From an uncultured Chloroflexia bacterium (GTDB taxonomy: Bacteria > Chloroflexota > Dehalococcoidia > UBA2979), in contig CAVSIV010000001.1 of the NCBI GenBank assembly GCA_963728205.1, forward strand, positions 544,001 to 608,000: a DNA stretch of 64,000 bases. Direction: 5' to 3'. The notes beneath the pieces were generated by a model. That model did not search any database. It was not told the DNA's origin and saw nothing but the letters and a program-made list of their open reading frames with translations. The translations under genes were made by a program, and so were the position numbers. Positions within the stretch are counted from its first letter, which is position 1. Every line of letters begins with the position of its first letter. Below are positions 29,051 through 38,950 of this stretch, in pieces.

Positions 29051-29943
29051 CTAAACGAGGATCGATGCGGTCAGACAGTGGAGGGAGCCACCGAGCTTGC
29101 GGGTTGGGGACGCGATGAACGTCGGCCGGAACCCGTGCTCGCGCAGCGCCGCTTCCACGATGCGCCGGTCGTCGGACGGCGTGATGTCGTAGGTCGGCAC
29201 GAGCACATGGTCCCCGATCTGCACCCAGTTGAGCGGGCTTGCGTACCCGTCGCCGTCCGAGCGCAGGGGGAGCCGGATGATCTCGAGGGCGGCGAGGGCG
29301 TTCCGCAGCAGCGCTTCGATCGCGTGGCTCACGTGCCGGTCGGCGGTGTTCGCCGGCGGCCAGCCGACGGCGGCGACGTCGTCGCGCAGGAAGCGCACGT
29401 AGATGTCCGCGTGGCCGCTTGGCTCGCGCGCGAACGGTGGAAACACCAGCCAGCGCCGAATGCCGAGGGCCGGCGCATGCGCGTCGAGCGCCGGGCGGTC
29501 GAGCGCATTGTCGATCAGCACGGTTGCCGTCGAGAGCGCGACGCCGGCGGGACCGGCGACGACATTGCCATGTGCCAGCACGAGTGCGCACGGCTCCATC
29601 TCCCACGTGCTGATCTTCGCGAACACGCCGTCGTCGCCCGCGCGCCCGAAGTCGGGCAGACGAGGGAGAACCCACCGGATCTCCCCCGATGCGTCGTCGC
29701 GCAGCGGGATCGGCGAGCGATCGCGAATCCACGGGTGTCGTACGACGCCCCGAGAATGGAGAAGCGCTCCGGTTGGGCCTGTTTCGCGACGAACGCGCGA
29801 GCCCGGGCCGGGTCGGGCGTGATGAGGATGACCCCGACGTCGCGGGATGCCTCGACGGCGACGCGGCGGAGGAGCGGGAGCAACTCAGTCTCCGCGAACG
29901 GGACCATGAGCGCCGCCGGCTCAGCGTAGTCGGGCACGATCAC
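29051..29943 (-). pseudogene. Agmatine/peptidyl-arginine deiminase family protein, frameshifted at ~29733
   Basis: Motifs DT/PWIRD (split by a 1-nt deletion), HGNVV, GHADIYVRF, SPLNW and GGSLHCLT. The GTG start overlaps the upstream stop. The indel could be a sequencing error. Confidence 0.75.
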
Positions 29944-30389
29944 TCGGCCGCCGTTGCCCGCTGCACCGAGCCGGCCGTCCGGATCACGGTCGCCGGGTCG
30001 CCGGACTTCCGGATGAGCGCCATCGCGCAGACCGTCGCGCCATCTCCGGGCTCGACCGTGCCGCGGCCGACGGTCTCGCCGACCACCTCCCAGTCCTCCC
30101 CCGCGAGCGGCGAGCATGGGAGCACCTCGCCGCCCATCGCGATCGCGCGCGAGTCGTGATCGGTGAGCTTCACGCTAGTCGCGACCACAGCTCCGTCCGG
30201 ACACCACCCCGTCGGGCCACCCACCGCCACGGATCGGGCGTCGAGAGCCGCGGCAGCGCTGATACCCCAGCGTCCCGGGACACGCTGCGCCGCCTGCACC
30301 GTCGGGTCGACGAGCCCGGCGACCGACATGGACGCGAACGCCCCGGTCGCCGCGGCGAGGCTCGCGGCGATGCGCTTCGCCCTGTTCAT
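29940..30389 (-). CDS. Small secreted Cys-containing beta protein (paralog 1)
   Basis: Signal-like N-terminus, GAGGAG RBS, and a C...C...VCA pattern shared with 30837 and 31344. Confidence 0.65.
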   Translation of the reverse strand: MNRAKRIAASLAAATGAFASMSVAGLVDPTVQAAQRVPGRWGISAAAALDARSVAVGGPTGWCPDGAVVATSVKLTDHDSRAIAMGGEVLPCSPLAGEDWEVVGETVGRGTVEPGDGATVCAMALIRKSGDPATVIRTAGSVQRATAAE

Positions 30390-30836
30390 GCGGACTCCTC
30401 CTCTCCGGCCAGATCCTCGGCCGACCGCGCTCTCGAGCGTGGGCCCGGCCGGGATACGACGAGGACCACGTCCGAGGTCAACCCTGTCCGGTCGGTCGTG
30501 GGTCGCGAACCATGCATCAAGGTCGCCGCGAGCGCGCGTCCCCCCTCGGCGTCACCGCGAAATCCGTCACGGGCCTCGCACCGCGACGCACCTCGAGACG
30601 CCACCGGGAGCGGTTGCCGTCGCCGCTCCTCCCCCCTCCCCCCCGACGCCGTTGGCCCTGGACGGCGGCCTCGCCGGGTCGCAGGGAACCGAAGTCGGGG
30701 ACGCCGGGCCGCGGCGCCGGAGATCGGGCGCACGTCCGACGCGGGCGGCAGCTCCTTCTGACAACTTGACGGGGGGCGCCGCGCGGCGCGTACCCTCGCC
30801 GCCGTTTCCAGGGACGCGAGTCGAAAGGGGTCGTGC

Positions 30837-31286
30837 ATGCGAGCGCAGCCATCAATCATCTCCACGCGAAGCCGCATCCTCGGCGGCGTCGTGCTTGCAG
30901 CGATCGCGCTGCTGATGCTCGGCGGGCAGGCACGCGGTGGCCAGTATCTCAACACGATGGAGTCCACGGCGGCGCTGCACGGCCGCGCGGTCGATGTCAC
31001 CGTAATCGAAGGCTGCGACGCCACCCAGCGGCTCGCGCTGCGCGTGACGGCCACGCAGCGGCGCGTCGGCGCGGTCGCGCAGGGAACCGCGCAGACGACG
31101 TGCGCGGGTGACGCTCAGCACGTCGTCGTGCATCTGTACACGACCGGGGCGGTCGATTTCGTCCCGACGGCCGAGGCGCGCGAGGACCAGATCGTCGAAG
31201 TCTGCGCCCTGGCGACAACGATGACGCGCGGGAAGGTCGACGACAGCCACCAGTGGTGCAAGGACCTCGAGCTGGTCGCGTCGTGA
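30837..31286 (+). CDS. Small secreted Cys-containing beta protein (paralog 2)
   Basis: Signal peptide, then GC...VTATQ....AQG....CAG...VCALA...DSHQWCKDLELV. Confidence 0.75.
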   Translation: MRAQPSIISTRSRILGGVVLAAIALLMLGGQARGGQYLNTMESTAALHGRAVDVTVIEGCDATQRLALRVTATQRRVGAVAQGTAQTTCAGDAQHVVVHLYTTGAVDFVPTAEAREDQIVEVCALATTMTRGKVDDSHQWCKDLELVAS

Positions 31287-31343
31287 GGTGGCGTCGGGCA
31301 TCGGTAGCGACCGTGCCCGCGGGTGAGGCGATTGGAGGGACCC

Positions 31344-31781
31344 ATGACTGCAACAGGCTCGGCGGTTCGGCGCGCGGCGCTCGGGCTGCTGCTCGCAACG
31401 CTGGTGGTTGCGGTGACGGCGGCAGGGGCGAGTGCGATCCAGAAGCGGATCGACAAGACGACGCCGACGCTCACCGGTATCGACGGCGCGGCGCCCCTGA
31501 GCGCGAACGGCCGGCTTACGACCGTCTCGGGTGTGATCACCTGCGAGGGCGGCCGCGTCTTGATCCAGGTCGAGGTGACGCAGGGCGACGCCCGCGCGGA
31601 GGGCCACACGCAAGCGCTCTGCACGGGCGACACGCTCGCGTGGTCCGCGCTGGCAGTCGCGCGCCGCGGCGCTCGCTTCGAGGCGTCGACGGCCGAGGTC
31701 TGCGCCCGGGCATCGATGCCGGACCGCAACACCGTGGCCGACTCCTACCGGTGGTGCCGGGCGGTGACGCTGATCCGCTGA
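31344..31781 (+). CDS. Small secreted Cys-containing beta protein (paralog 3)
   Basis: GGAGG RBS, signal peptide ending ASA, then TC...VEVTQ...AEG....CTG...VCARA...DSYRWCRAVTLI. Confidence 0.75.
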   Translation: MTATGSAVRRAALGLLLATLVVAVTAAGASAIQKRIDKTTPTLTGIDGAAPLSANGRLTTVSGVITCEGGRVLIQVEVTQGDARAEGHTQALCTGDTLAWSALAVARRGARFEASTAEVCARASMPDRNTVADSYRWCRAVTLIR

Positions 31782-31892
31782 TCTGATTTCAACGGGCGGA
31801 ACGCCGGCGGCCTGATCCCGACGAGCGTGTGTTGCCGGGAGCGCGGCAGCCCTGGCTCCCTCTCCCACCGGCGGCCCGCCGCGTGCCGACGA

Positions 31893-32300
31893 CGTACCCG
31901 GCGGCGGGAGGATGTCGATCCCGTGACGGGCCGCCGCCGCGATGAGCCGAGGGACATCGGGCGGCGCGACGACCGGCGGCAGCGTGCGTGCCGTCGCGGG
32001 TTCGCCCACCTCCGCGGCGAAACGCTCGAACCCCGCGGGCGCAGTGATCTGCAGCACGCGGGCCGGCGCGCCGCCCACGACCGAGAACCCGTGCGGGATA
32101 CCCCGGGGCAGCAGGCCGAACGAGCCCGGAAGCGCCTCCCACTGCCGGTCGCCGCAGGAGACGGCGAGGGTACCGTCGAGGAGGTAGAACGCCTCTTCCT
32201 CCGAGCGGTGCGCGCGCGGAGGCGGTGCGAATCCGGGCGGAAGCTGCTGCTCGACAATCGTGAAGGCGCTGTCCGAGCCTGCGGCTCCCAGCAGATGCAC
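31893..32300 (-). pseudogene. Cupin (quercetin dioxygenase-like) remnant
   Basis: PPPRAHRSEEEAFYLLDG...PRGIPHGF cupin motifs with the first His replaced by Arg. The 5' end is missing and there is no stop at the expected C-terminus. Confidence 0.7.
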
Positions 32301-32590
32301 CCGACGGCACTCGTCTCACGGAACGTGGCGAAGCGGCGCAAGTCACCAAGCAGTCGATGGGCGCGCTCGTCGACCACCTCGAGGCGCGCGGCTACGTCGA
32401 CCGCACGCCCGATCCCCTCGACGGCCGTGCCCGGGTGATTCGCCTGACCGCGCGCGGGCCCGACGTCGAGCGTGCGGCCCGCGAGACGATAACCGAGGTG
32501 GAGGCGGAGTGGGCGCGACGGCTCGGCGCGCGACGCATGCAGCAGTTCCGCCGCACGCTCGAGGACCTTGCCCGGCAGATCGAGCGATGA
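32300..32590 (+). pseudogene. MarR family regulator, 5'-truncated
   Basis: PDGTRLTE...QVTKQSMGALVDHLEARGYVDRTPDPLDGRARVIRLTARG winged-helix motif. The N-terminal helix is absent. Confidence 0.75.
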
Positions 32591-32838
32591 GCTTTCCGGA
32601 CCGACTCGCGCTCGGCATTGGCCTGCTCGGGAACGTGATCACGGCCGCACTGTTCCTGCGCATGCTGCAGCGGCTCTTCCTCGGGCCGCTGCCCGACCGG
32701 TGGCGGCGCTTCCCCGACCTCGGGCGCGTCGAGGTCGCCACGCTGGGCACGCTGCTCGGCTTCGTCGTGCTGATTGGCGTCATGCCGGCATGGCTGCTCG
32801 ACGTCATCGACTCGTTCGCGCGAAGGCTCGTCGGGTGA
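32587..32838 (+). pseudogene. C-terminal fragment of a NuoM-like antiporter subunit
   Basis: VITAALFLRMLQRLFLGPLP...DLGRVEVATL...LIGVMPAWLLDVID resembles the NuoM C-terminus. Confidence 0.65.
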
Positions 32839-32906
32839 TGCTCACCGCCGCGCCGCCATCGTGGCTCGCGGGGGCCGCGGGGCCGCTCCCGGCGAGTGGC
32901 CGCGCG

Positions 32907-33220
32907 ATGACCGGGATGGCCGACGACGTCATCCCGGAGATCGTGTTCGTGGTGGGCGGGATCGCGGTGCTCGGCTACGCGCTTTTCACGTCGCGGCGCC
33001 GCCAGGCGCGAGCGGCGGTGGCCGCGCTGGCCGCGCTGGTCGTGACGGTGGTGGCCGCCGTCGTGACGGCGATGATGCCCGGCGGCGCGCAGCGCCTCAC
33101 CGTCTTCGACACCTATGCACGCGACGGCGCCGCGGAGTGGGCGAAGCTGATCGTGCTACTGCCGACGGCCGGGGTGATCGCACTCTCCGTGCGCTGGTTC
33201 GAGCGGGACGCCCGGCAACC
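32907..33220 (+). pseudogene. N-terminal fragment of a NuoN-like antiporter subunit
   Basis: IPEIVFVVGG...FDTYARDGAAEWAKLIVL resembles the NuoN N-terminus. The similarity breaks off after about 100 codons. Confidence 0.6.
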
Positions 33221-33557
33221 CACGGTAGTCCGCCGGCGGCCCTCAACAGGCCGGAGAGCCGCTCGCGAGTCGTCCGACGACCGCGTCGTCTGCCGTCGGC
33301 CGTCACTGTGGCTCACTGTTGGCCACTGGAGCGTCGTTTCAGTCGGCCCCGTTCCGAGGCCCCCGCGCCGCGGACGGCGGCCGTCGGCACGCATGTGGAC
33401 GCGGTGATGAAGGCCCGCTACACGCGTCCCGGGACTTCACCCGTGGCCGGCCGCGGCGCGGTGGGACGCAGACTGCGAACGCGCGCCCGAGTGATCCCAG
33501 TGGCAGGCCGCAGCGAGCAACTGACATACCGCCACGCGCAGTGGGGAATGCAGCTCC

Positions 33558-34115
33558 ATGAACGCTCGCGATACCTGGTTCCGGCGCGCGGCCTGGCGAC
33601 GAGCGGTCGCTCCAGGCGGCGGCCACTACGCGGCCGAGGTAGGCGGGTCCCCGCCCTCCGCAGGCGCGGTGCGCTGGGTCGCGGCCGGTCTGTCACTCGG
33701 GGCGGGCGGAATCCATTTTGCCGTGAGTCCCGAGCACTTTGCGGAGTACTGGCTCTTCGGCTGGCTCTTCGTGATCGCTGCGTGGTTCCAGGCCTGCTGG
33801 GCGCTCGCGATGGTCAGCAGCGGCACCCGCCGCGTCGCGCTGGCAGGGGCGGTCGTGAACATCGCGCTCGTCGCCGTCTATCTCTGGACGCGGCTCGTCT
33901 CCGTGCCGGTCGGTCCGGAGGCGGGCGAACCCGAGGCGGCGACGCTGCTCGGCGGCGCGGTGCTGATATTCGAAGTGCTGATTGTCGCGGCGGCGCTCTC
34001 CGTGGTGCGCGCTCCCCGCGAGGCGTCCGCTCCCGGCGCCACACCGGGACGGCTGCTGGGCGCGGCGGTGCTCTGCGTCATCGTCGGCGCCGCACTCGCG
34101 ATCGCTAGCACGTGA
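33558..34115 (+). CDS. Membrane protein with a His pair (IHFAVSPEH), possibly copper-related
   Basis: About five hydrophobic helices. Lies directly upstream of the cupredoxin. Confidence 0.7.
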   Translation: MNARDTWFRRAAWRRAVAPGGGHYAAEVGGSPPSAGAVRWVAAGLSLGAGGIHFAVSPEHFAEYWLFGWLFVIAAWFQACWALAMVSSGTRRVALAGAVVNIALVAVYLWTRLVSVPVGPEAGEPEAATLLGGAVLIFEVLIVAAALSVVRAPREASAPGATPGRLLGAAVLCVIVGAALAIAST

Positions 34116-34372
34116 CCGCTTCTTCCACCGCTCCTGGCCCGGCCGGTCGCAACTCCTCCCGCGACCGGCCGGGCGCCATCTCGTGAAGCGATCCGCGTTG
34201 CCGAACGGCTGACCCATGCTCGGGCCCCGTCGGGTGATCCGTGGCGCCGCTTGCGGCGAGTCATTGCCAGGGGACGGGACAAATCCGAAACGGCAGAGCA
34301 ATGGGGCGGCTGGTGGTCGCAACGCGCCGACGTTCCTCGATCGCTCCTCGCCGTGCAGTGGAGGAGGGCAAG

Positions 34373-35488
34373 ATGTCAGGGAACCCCGTCGGCCTCGCCA
34401 TCCGCGAGGGAGGGGGGCGCGGACGGCGCGCCGCCTGGTTGCTGGCGGCATGCGTCGCCATCACGGCGACCGTTCTGTTGCTGGTCGCCGGTCGTGCGAG
34501 CGCCGCGAACGCAGCGGTGAGCGCCGCAGGCTCGGGCGCGGCTGCGCGCTTCAATCCCAATACCGTGACGGTCGCCTCCGGAGACACCGTCAACTTCGAC
34601 TGGGTGAGCGGCACGCACACGGCGACGGCCGTCAACGGCGCCTTCGACTTCCAGGTGACGAGTGGGAGTCCCACGAACACGTGGACGGCAGGCGCGCCGG
34701 GCACCTACTACTTCTACTGCGCGGTCCACGCCACCGCGGCCGAGGCCACAGAGGCGCACGTGCAGGCGAACGACGCGATGGTCGGCAAGGTCGTGGTCAC
34801 GGCGGCCGCGAGCGGCACGCCTACGCCCACGCCGACGGCGACCGCGGCGCCGAGTGCCACGGCCACGCCGGCGGCGACGCCCGCGGGCAGCGCCACGCCC
34901 GTCGCCGCGGCCGACTTCACGCAGTTCGGCTTCCCCACGGTGGGTGGCTCAATCCAGCTCGCGGCCGGCCAGGGCGGCACGGTCTCGGCCGGCAACCAGA
35001 CGGTCACGATCAATCCCGGAACGTTCGCGACGCCGGTCACCTTCGACCTGCTCACGGGCGACGTCGCGACGTTCCAGCCGCTCGCGGATCCCGACGACAC
35101 GGTGATCGGGGCCTTCGCGTTCCGCGTCACGGGACCCAGCGGGCTCATCCGCACGTTCGCGAAGCCCGTGCACTACGCGATCACGAGCGCACAGGTCGCG
35201 GCGGGCGGCAGCATCTACAACACGACGGCGACCAATCCGCCGCAGGCGAGCGAGAACGCGAAGCCGCCAGTGGTCGCCGGGCAAACGCTGACGCATGACT
35301 TCACGGGTGCCGCCGTCGGTTGGTTCACGACGGCACCGGCCCCGGGGTCGGTGGCGCCCGCACCGGCCACGACGGGGAACGCGGGGCTGCTCGGAGCAGC
35401 GCAGCCGGTGGCTTTCGCCTGGTTGCTGGGCGCGCTGGCGCTCGCGACCGTCGTGGGCGGACGCCTGCTGCTCCGCCGGCGGCGCTAG
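34373..35488 (+). CDS. Secreted plastocyanin/azurin-family cupredoxin with Pro/Thr linker and C-terminal PxTG-TM-basic anchor
   Basis: FNPNTVTVASGDTV..W...H and PGTYYFYCAVH...MVGKVVV give type-1 Cu ligands. PTPTPTATA linker; PATTGN followed by a TM helix and RRRR. Confidence 0.85.
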   Translation: MSGNPVGLAIREGGGRGRRAAWLLAACVAITATVLLLVAGRASAANAAVSAAGSGAAARFNPNTVTVASGDTVNFDWVSGTHTATAVNGAFDFQVTSGSPTNTWTAGAPGTYYFYCAVHATAAEATEAHVQANDAMVGKVVVTAAASGTPTPTPTATAAPSATATPAATPAGSATPVAAADFTQFGFPTVGGSIQLAAGQGGTVSAGNQTVTINPGTFATPVTFDLLTGDVATFQPLADPDDTVIGAFAFRVTGPSGLIRTFAKPVHYAITSAQVAAGGSIYNTTATNPPQASENAKPPVVAGQTLTHDFTGAAVGWFTTAPAPGSVAPAPATTGNAGLLGAAQPVAFAWLLGALALATVVGGRLLLRRRR

Positions 35489-35974
35489 GCGGCGGAGGGT
35501 CCCGCCGGACGGGCCGGACCCTCGGGCGCCCGCGCGTCGGCGCTCGCTGCGCCGGCCGCACGTCCGGGCAGGAGCCGCGTCGAGTTGAGGATGAAGGTCA
35601 GCTCCGACGACACCTGGACGGCAACTGGTAGGTAGACATGAGCGAGACCAGGCCGCTCATCCAGTAGCGCGTCCGCGGCGCGCTCGCTCACCAGGTTGAC
35701 TTCCCTGCTCGGTCAAGCTCGTTGCTGTCGCTTCGGCGGCGACGGGCTTGGCCGGTCTCTTGACGGGCCTTATTGCGCCGGGATCCCGCCGGACCTCCAG
35801 CTTCGATCGTGCTTCCCGTGATCCCACGCCCGCCCATGGGCGCCCGCCACGGGATGATCGCGCTGGATGGCGTCCCTGAAGAGGGACGGAAGGCAATCGT
35901 CTGCACCCGCCGACTCAGAGGCGATCGCGTCGCCCGGACCTTCCGCCGACGAGCGCGTCGGCGCGGAAGGGACG

Positions 35975-37138
35975 TCAGGGGCAGGTCGTCCCCTGGACCT
36001 CGCATCCGTTGGAGAAGTTGCCATCGCAGTCGATGAAGCCCGGCGCACACGCGACGATCACACAGTTGCCATTGGTGCACCCGGTGCTGGCGTTCGGTGC
36101 GAAGCAGACATTGCCGCAGCTGCCGCAGTTGTTCGGGTCGGTCGTCAGGTCGAAGCCGTTGTCGACCACGCCGTCGCAGTCGTCGTCGAGTCCATTGCAC
36201 ACCTCGGGTTGCGGAAGCACCTCGCCGAGGCACGCTCCCCACTGGCCGGTGCTATCGCAGATCTGGGTTCCGCTCCGACAGATGCCGACGTTCGCCGTTC
36301 CAGCCGGACCCGAGTAGCAGGGCCGTGTCGCGCCCGGGGTGCAGACGCCGGTGGCCACGCAGGTTCCGCTCACGCAAGCCTGGCCGCTCGGGCAGGCAGC
36401 GCCGCAGGACCCGCAGTTGTTCACGTCGGTCGACGTGTTGACGCACACGCCGTTGCACAGAACTTCGCCGGCCGGGCACTCCTGCACGCACGTGCCGTTC
36501 TGACACACTTCCGCCGCCGGGCAATCCGCGTCCGTGGTGCAGCCGACGCACACGCCCGCGCCGTTGCAGGAACCGGCCGGGCAAGCCGTCCCCGCGGGTG
36601 CGGGAGCGAAGCCGCACGTCCCGCTCACACAGGTGGCCGTGAGGCAGGGGGCGGTGGACTGCGCGCAGTCGGCCGGTGTCGTGCACTGGCTCTGAACGCA
36701 GGCGCCGTTGGAGCACGTTGTCCCCGCGGCGCAGACGGTGCCGCAGGCGCCGCAGTTGCTGTTGTCGCTCTCGGTGTCGATACACGCGCCGTTGCACCAC
36801 GTCTGGCCGGTGGGGCAGACGGGGTTGCACGTGCACGTGACCTGGACGCACACGCCGTTGCGGCACACCGAGTCGTGGGAGCACGAGTTGCCGCACGCGC
36901 CGCAGTTGTCGCTGTTCGAGGTGAGGTCCCGGCACAACCCGCCGCATTCGGTCAGCCCGGGCGGGCAGCCCCTGCCGGGCGGCGATGGCGGAGGCGCCGC
37001 CCAGGCGGGCTTGCCTCCCAGCACCGTTGCGCCGACGCCGATGCCCAGGGCAGCGAGGGCTCGGCTCAGCATCCTGCGCCGTCCGATGCCCTCGGGCTCG
37101 GCCACAGCTCGGGCCAGGTCGTCGAAGCGATTACTCAT
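35975..37138 (-). CDS. Tat-signal cysteine-rich repeat protein
   Basis: GIGRRRMLSRALAALG...AWA leader. 54 Cys by hand count, four NCG[AS]CG units and one EVCNGLDDDCDGVVD motif. Confidence 0.85.
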   Translation of the reverse strand: MSNRFDDLARAVAEPEGIGRRRMLSRALAALGIGVGATVLGGKPAWAAPPPSPPGRGCPPGLTECGGLCRDLTSNSDNCGACGNSCSHDSVCRNGVCVQVTCTCNPVCPTGQTWCNGACIDTESDNSNCGACGTVCAAGTTCSNGACVQSQCTTPADCAQSTAPCLTATCVSGTCGFAPAPAGTACPAGSCNGAGVCVGCTTDADCPAAEVCQNGTCVQECPAGEVLCNGVCVNTSTDVNNCGSCGAACPSGQACVSGTCVATGVCTPGATRPCYSGPAGTANVGICRSGTQICDSTGQWGACLGEVLPQPEVCNGLDDDCDGVVDNGFDLTTDPNNCGSCGNVCFAPNASTGCTNGNCVIVACAPGFIDCDGNFSNGCEVQGTTCP

Positions 37139-38625
37139 GCTGATACCTCAACTCGCTGGTCCTGCAGGAGGGCCAGAACGGCGGGGGCGCCGACGCTCAG
37201 GCCACTGGCGACATGCCCGTCAGGGTCGACCCGCACCGCGATCGGTGTGCCGCCGGCGCCATAGGACGACATGACCGCGCCCGCGGCGTCAAGCAGCACG
37301 GTCGAGGCGAAGCCCTGGGCCGCCGTCGCCGCCGCGTCTCCGGTGGTAACGACCAACAGCTCGGGTGCGCGGGACGCGCGGCTCCGCTGCTCCCAGGACA
37401 GCACGTCGGGCAGCATGCGCTGGCAGAAGCCGCAGCCGGGGTTCCAGAACAGCAGCACGACGTCGCGGCCGCGGGACTCTGACAGCGCGACTTCGCCGCC
37501 GCCTATCGTGGGCAGGCGGAAGTCGGGGGCGAGGGCGCCGACGCGCAAGCCCTGCGGTGATGGCGCCGGAGCCGCCGCCGGGGCCGGGCGGAGCTGCAGC
37601 GGCACTCCCCTCGTCACCCGCTCCACCAGGGCCGTGATGGCCGGCCCACCCGACGTCACCGGCGACGCGATGTGCCCTCGGACGTCGACGAGTACCGCGC
37701 CGGGCGTGCCGTTGTAGCGGTAGGCGGTCGCCACCTGGCGATTGGGGTCGAGCAGGACGTCGGCCAGGCCGTGCTCGGCCGCCTTGGCCCGGTTCTTGTC
37801 GACCGCGCCGCTGCTGACGAGGACCACCCGCAGCCGGTTGGCGTGCTCACGCTGCCAACGCGCGATGTCGGGCGCGAGCGTGGTGCACGGGCCGCAGCCG
37901 GGGTCGGAGAACACCAGCAGGACGGGCTTGCCTCCGGTCCGCAAGCCGGCCAACGTCACGGTCGCTCCCTGCAGGCCCTCGAGCGAGAACGAAGGGGCGT
38001 CCAATCCGACTGGAAGGCCGTCGGACTGGGGGTGCTGGTGGGGCGGAGCGGGCTGGCCGGTCGCCACCGCCGGTCGCTGCTCGAGCTGCTCAACTCGGCG
38101 CAGGAGGCGGCCGTGCTGGCGCAGCAGGAGGAACAGCGCCCACGTCTGCGCCCCGACCACGCCGCTGAGCACGGTCAGCGCGCTGCCGACGACGAGTTGC
38201 GTCGCGGTGAAGTCGGTCAGGCTGCGCCCGCCGCCGGAGGCGGCCACCGCGGCAGCTGCGGCGAGCAGCGCGGCGTTGCGCATGAGGCTCCAGCCTGAAA
38301 TCGGCCCATTCGAGAGGGCGCCAAAGCAGTTGCAATCCGGCCGTCGGCCGCGAGCCAGGTTGACGGCCAGCAGTCCGCTGAAGGCCAGGAGAGCCATCGC
38401 GCCGAGGATGCCCGCCAGCCGAGCGGTCGAGGCCGGGATCAACAGGATCGCGACGGCCAGCTCGAAGACGGGCAACCCGACGGCCGCTACGCCCGCCAAC
38501 GGACCCGGTACACCCAGCTCCGTCGCAGCCCGGCGGGTTCCGACCCGGTGGTTCGCCTTGGCCGCGCCCGACACTGCAAACACGGCGGCAAGCACGAGCC
38601 TCAGCCCAAGCATTCCCGTCGCCAT
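37135..38625 (-). CDS. MauE/DoxX membrane domain fused to two thioredoxin-like (MauD/TlpA) domains
   Basis: LRLVLAAVFAVSGAAK and PDCNCFG (MauE). GLPVGLDAPSF..FSDPGCGPC and GLRVGALAPDF..FWNPGCGFC redoxin domains. Confidence 0.9.
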   Translation of the reverse strand: MATGMLGLRLVLAAVFAVSGAAKANHRVGTRRAATELGVPGPLAGVAAVGLPVFELAVAILLIPASTARLAGILGAMALLAFSGLLAVNLARGRRPDCNCFGALSNGPISGWSLMRNAALLAAAAAVAASGGGRSLTDFTATQLVVGSALTVLSGVVGAQTWALFLLLRQHGRLLRRVEQLEQRPAVATGQPAPPHQHPQSDGLPVGLDAPSFSLEGLQGATVTLAGLRTGGKPVLLVFSDPGCGPCTTLAPDIARWQREHANRLRVVLVSSGAVDKNRAKAAEHGLADVLLDPNRQVATAYRYNGTPGAVLVDVRGHIASPVTSGGPAITALVERVTRGVPLQLRPAPAAAPAPSPQGLRVGALAPDFRLPTIGGGEVALSESRGRDVVLLFWNPGCGFCQRMLPDVLSWEQRSRASRAPELLVVTTGDAAATAAQGFASTVLLDAAGAVMSSYGAGGTPIAVRVDPDGHVASGLSVGAPAVLALLQDQRVEVSA

Positions 38626-38950
38626 GCGTCCGCCTTCGGCCGATACAGCCCCGTCGTGGTGGCGCCGCATGCTAGCAACGCCTCAGCCCCCTGCCAACAA
38701 CGCACCGCGACGCCGCCGCGTTCTCGGCGATTCATTCGCGTCCGTCGCCACGACGACAACGGACGCAAACGGCCGCTTCGAGCGGTCGTCGACACGCTCC
38801 TCCCGGCCCCCTGCCCCAGCAGCATCAGTCAGTACAATCTGGCCGCGCACGTGGTCGCACTTCGAATGGCCGAAATCGACTTCCCGCTCGGGTAGGCTCA
38901 CCCTTGAAGCAACCCGGATCATTCTGTGCGAGGTCCGCAGGGAGCGCGAC

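Noticed and set aside
30852-31890. Long C-terminal continuation of the cupin ORF
   Set aside because: It is read-through antisense to two credible plus-strand secreted-protein genes.
35489-35974. Possible gene remnants or structured RNA in the gaps 28740-29050, 30390-30836, 35489-35974 and 41310-42000
   Set aside because: No recognisable motif or convincing conserved structure. An Rfam/BLASTX search would be needed to say more.
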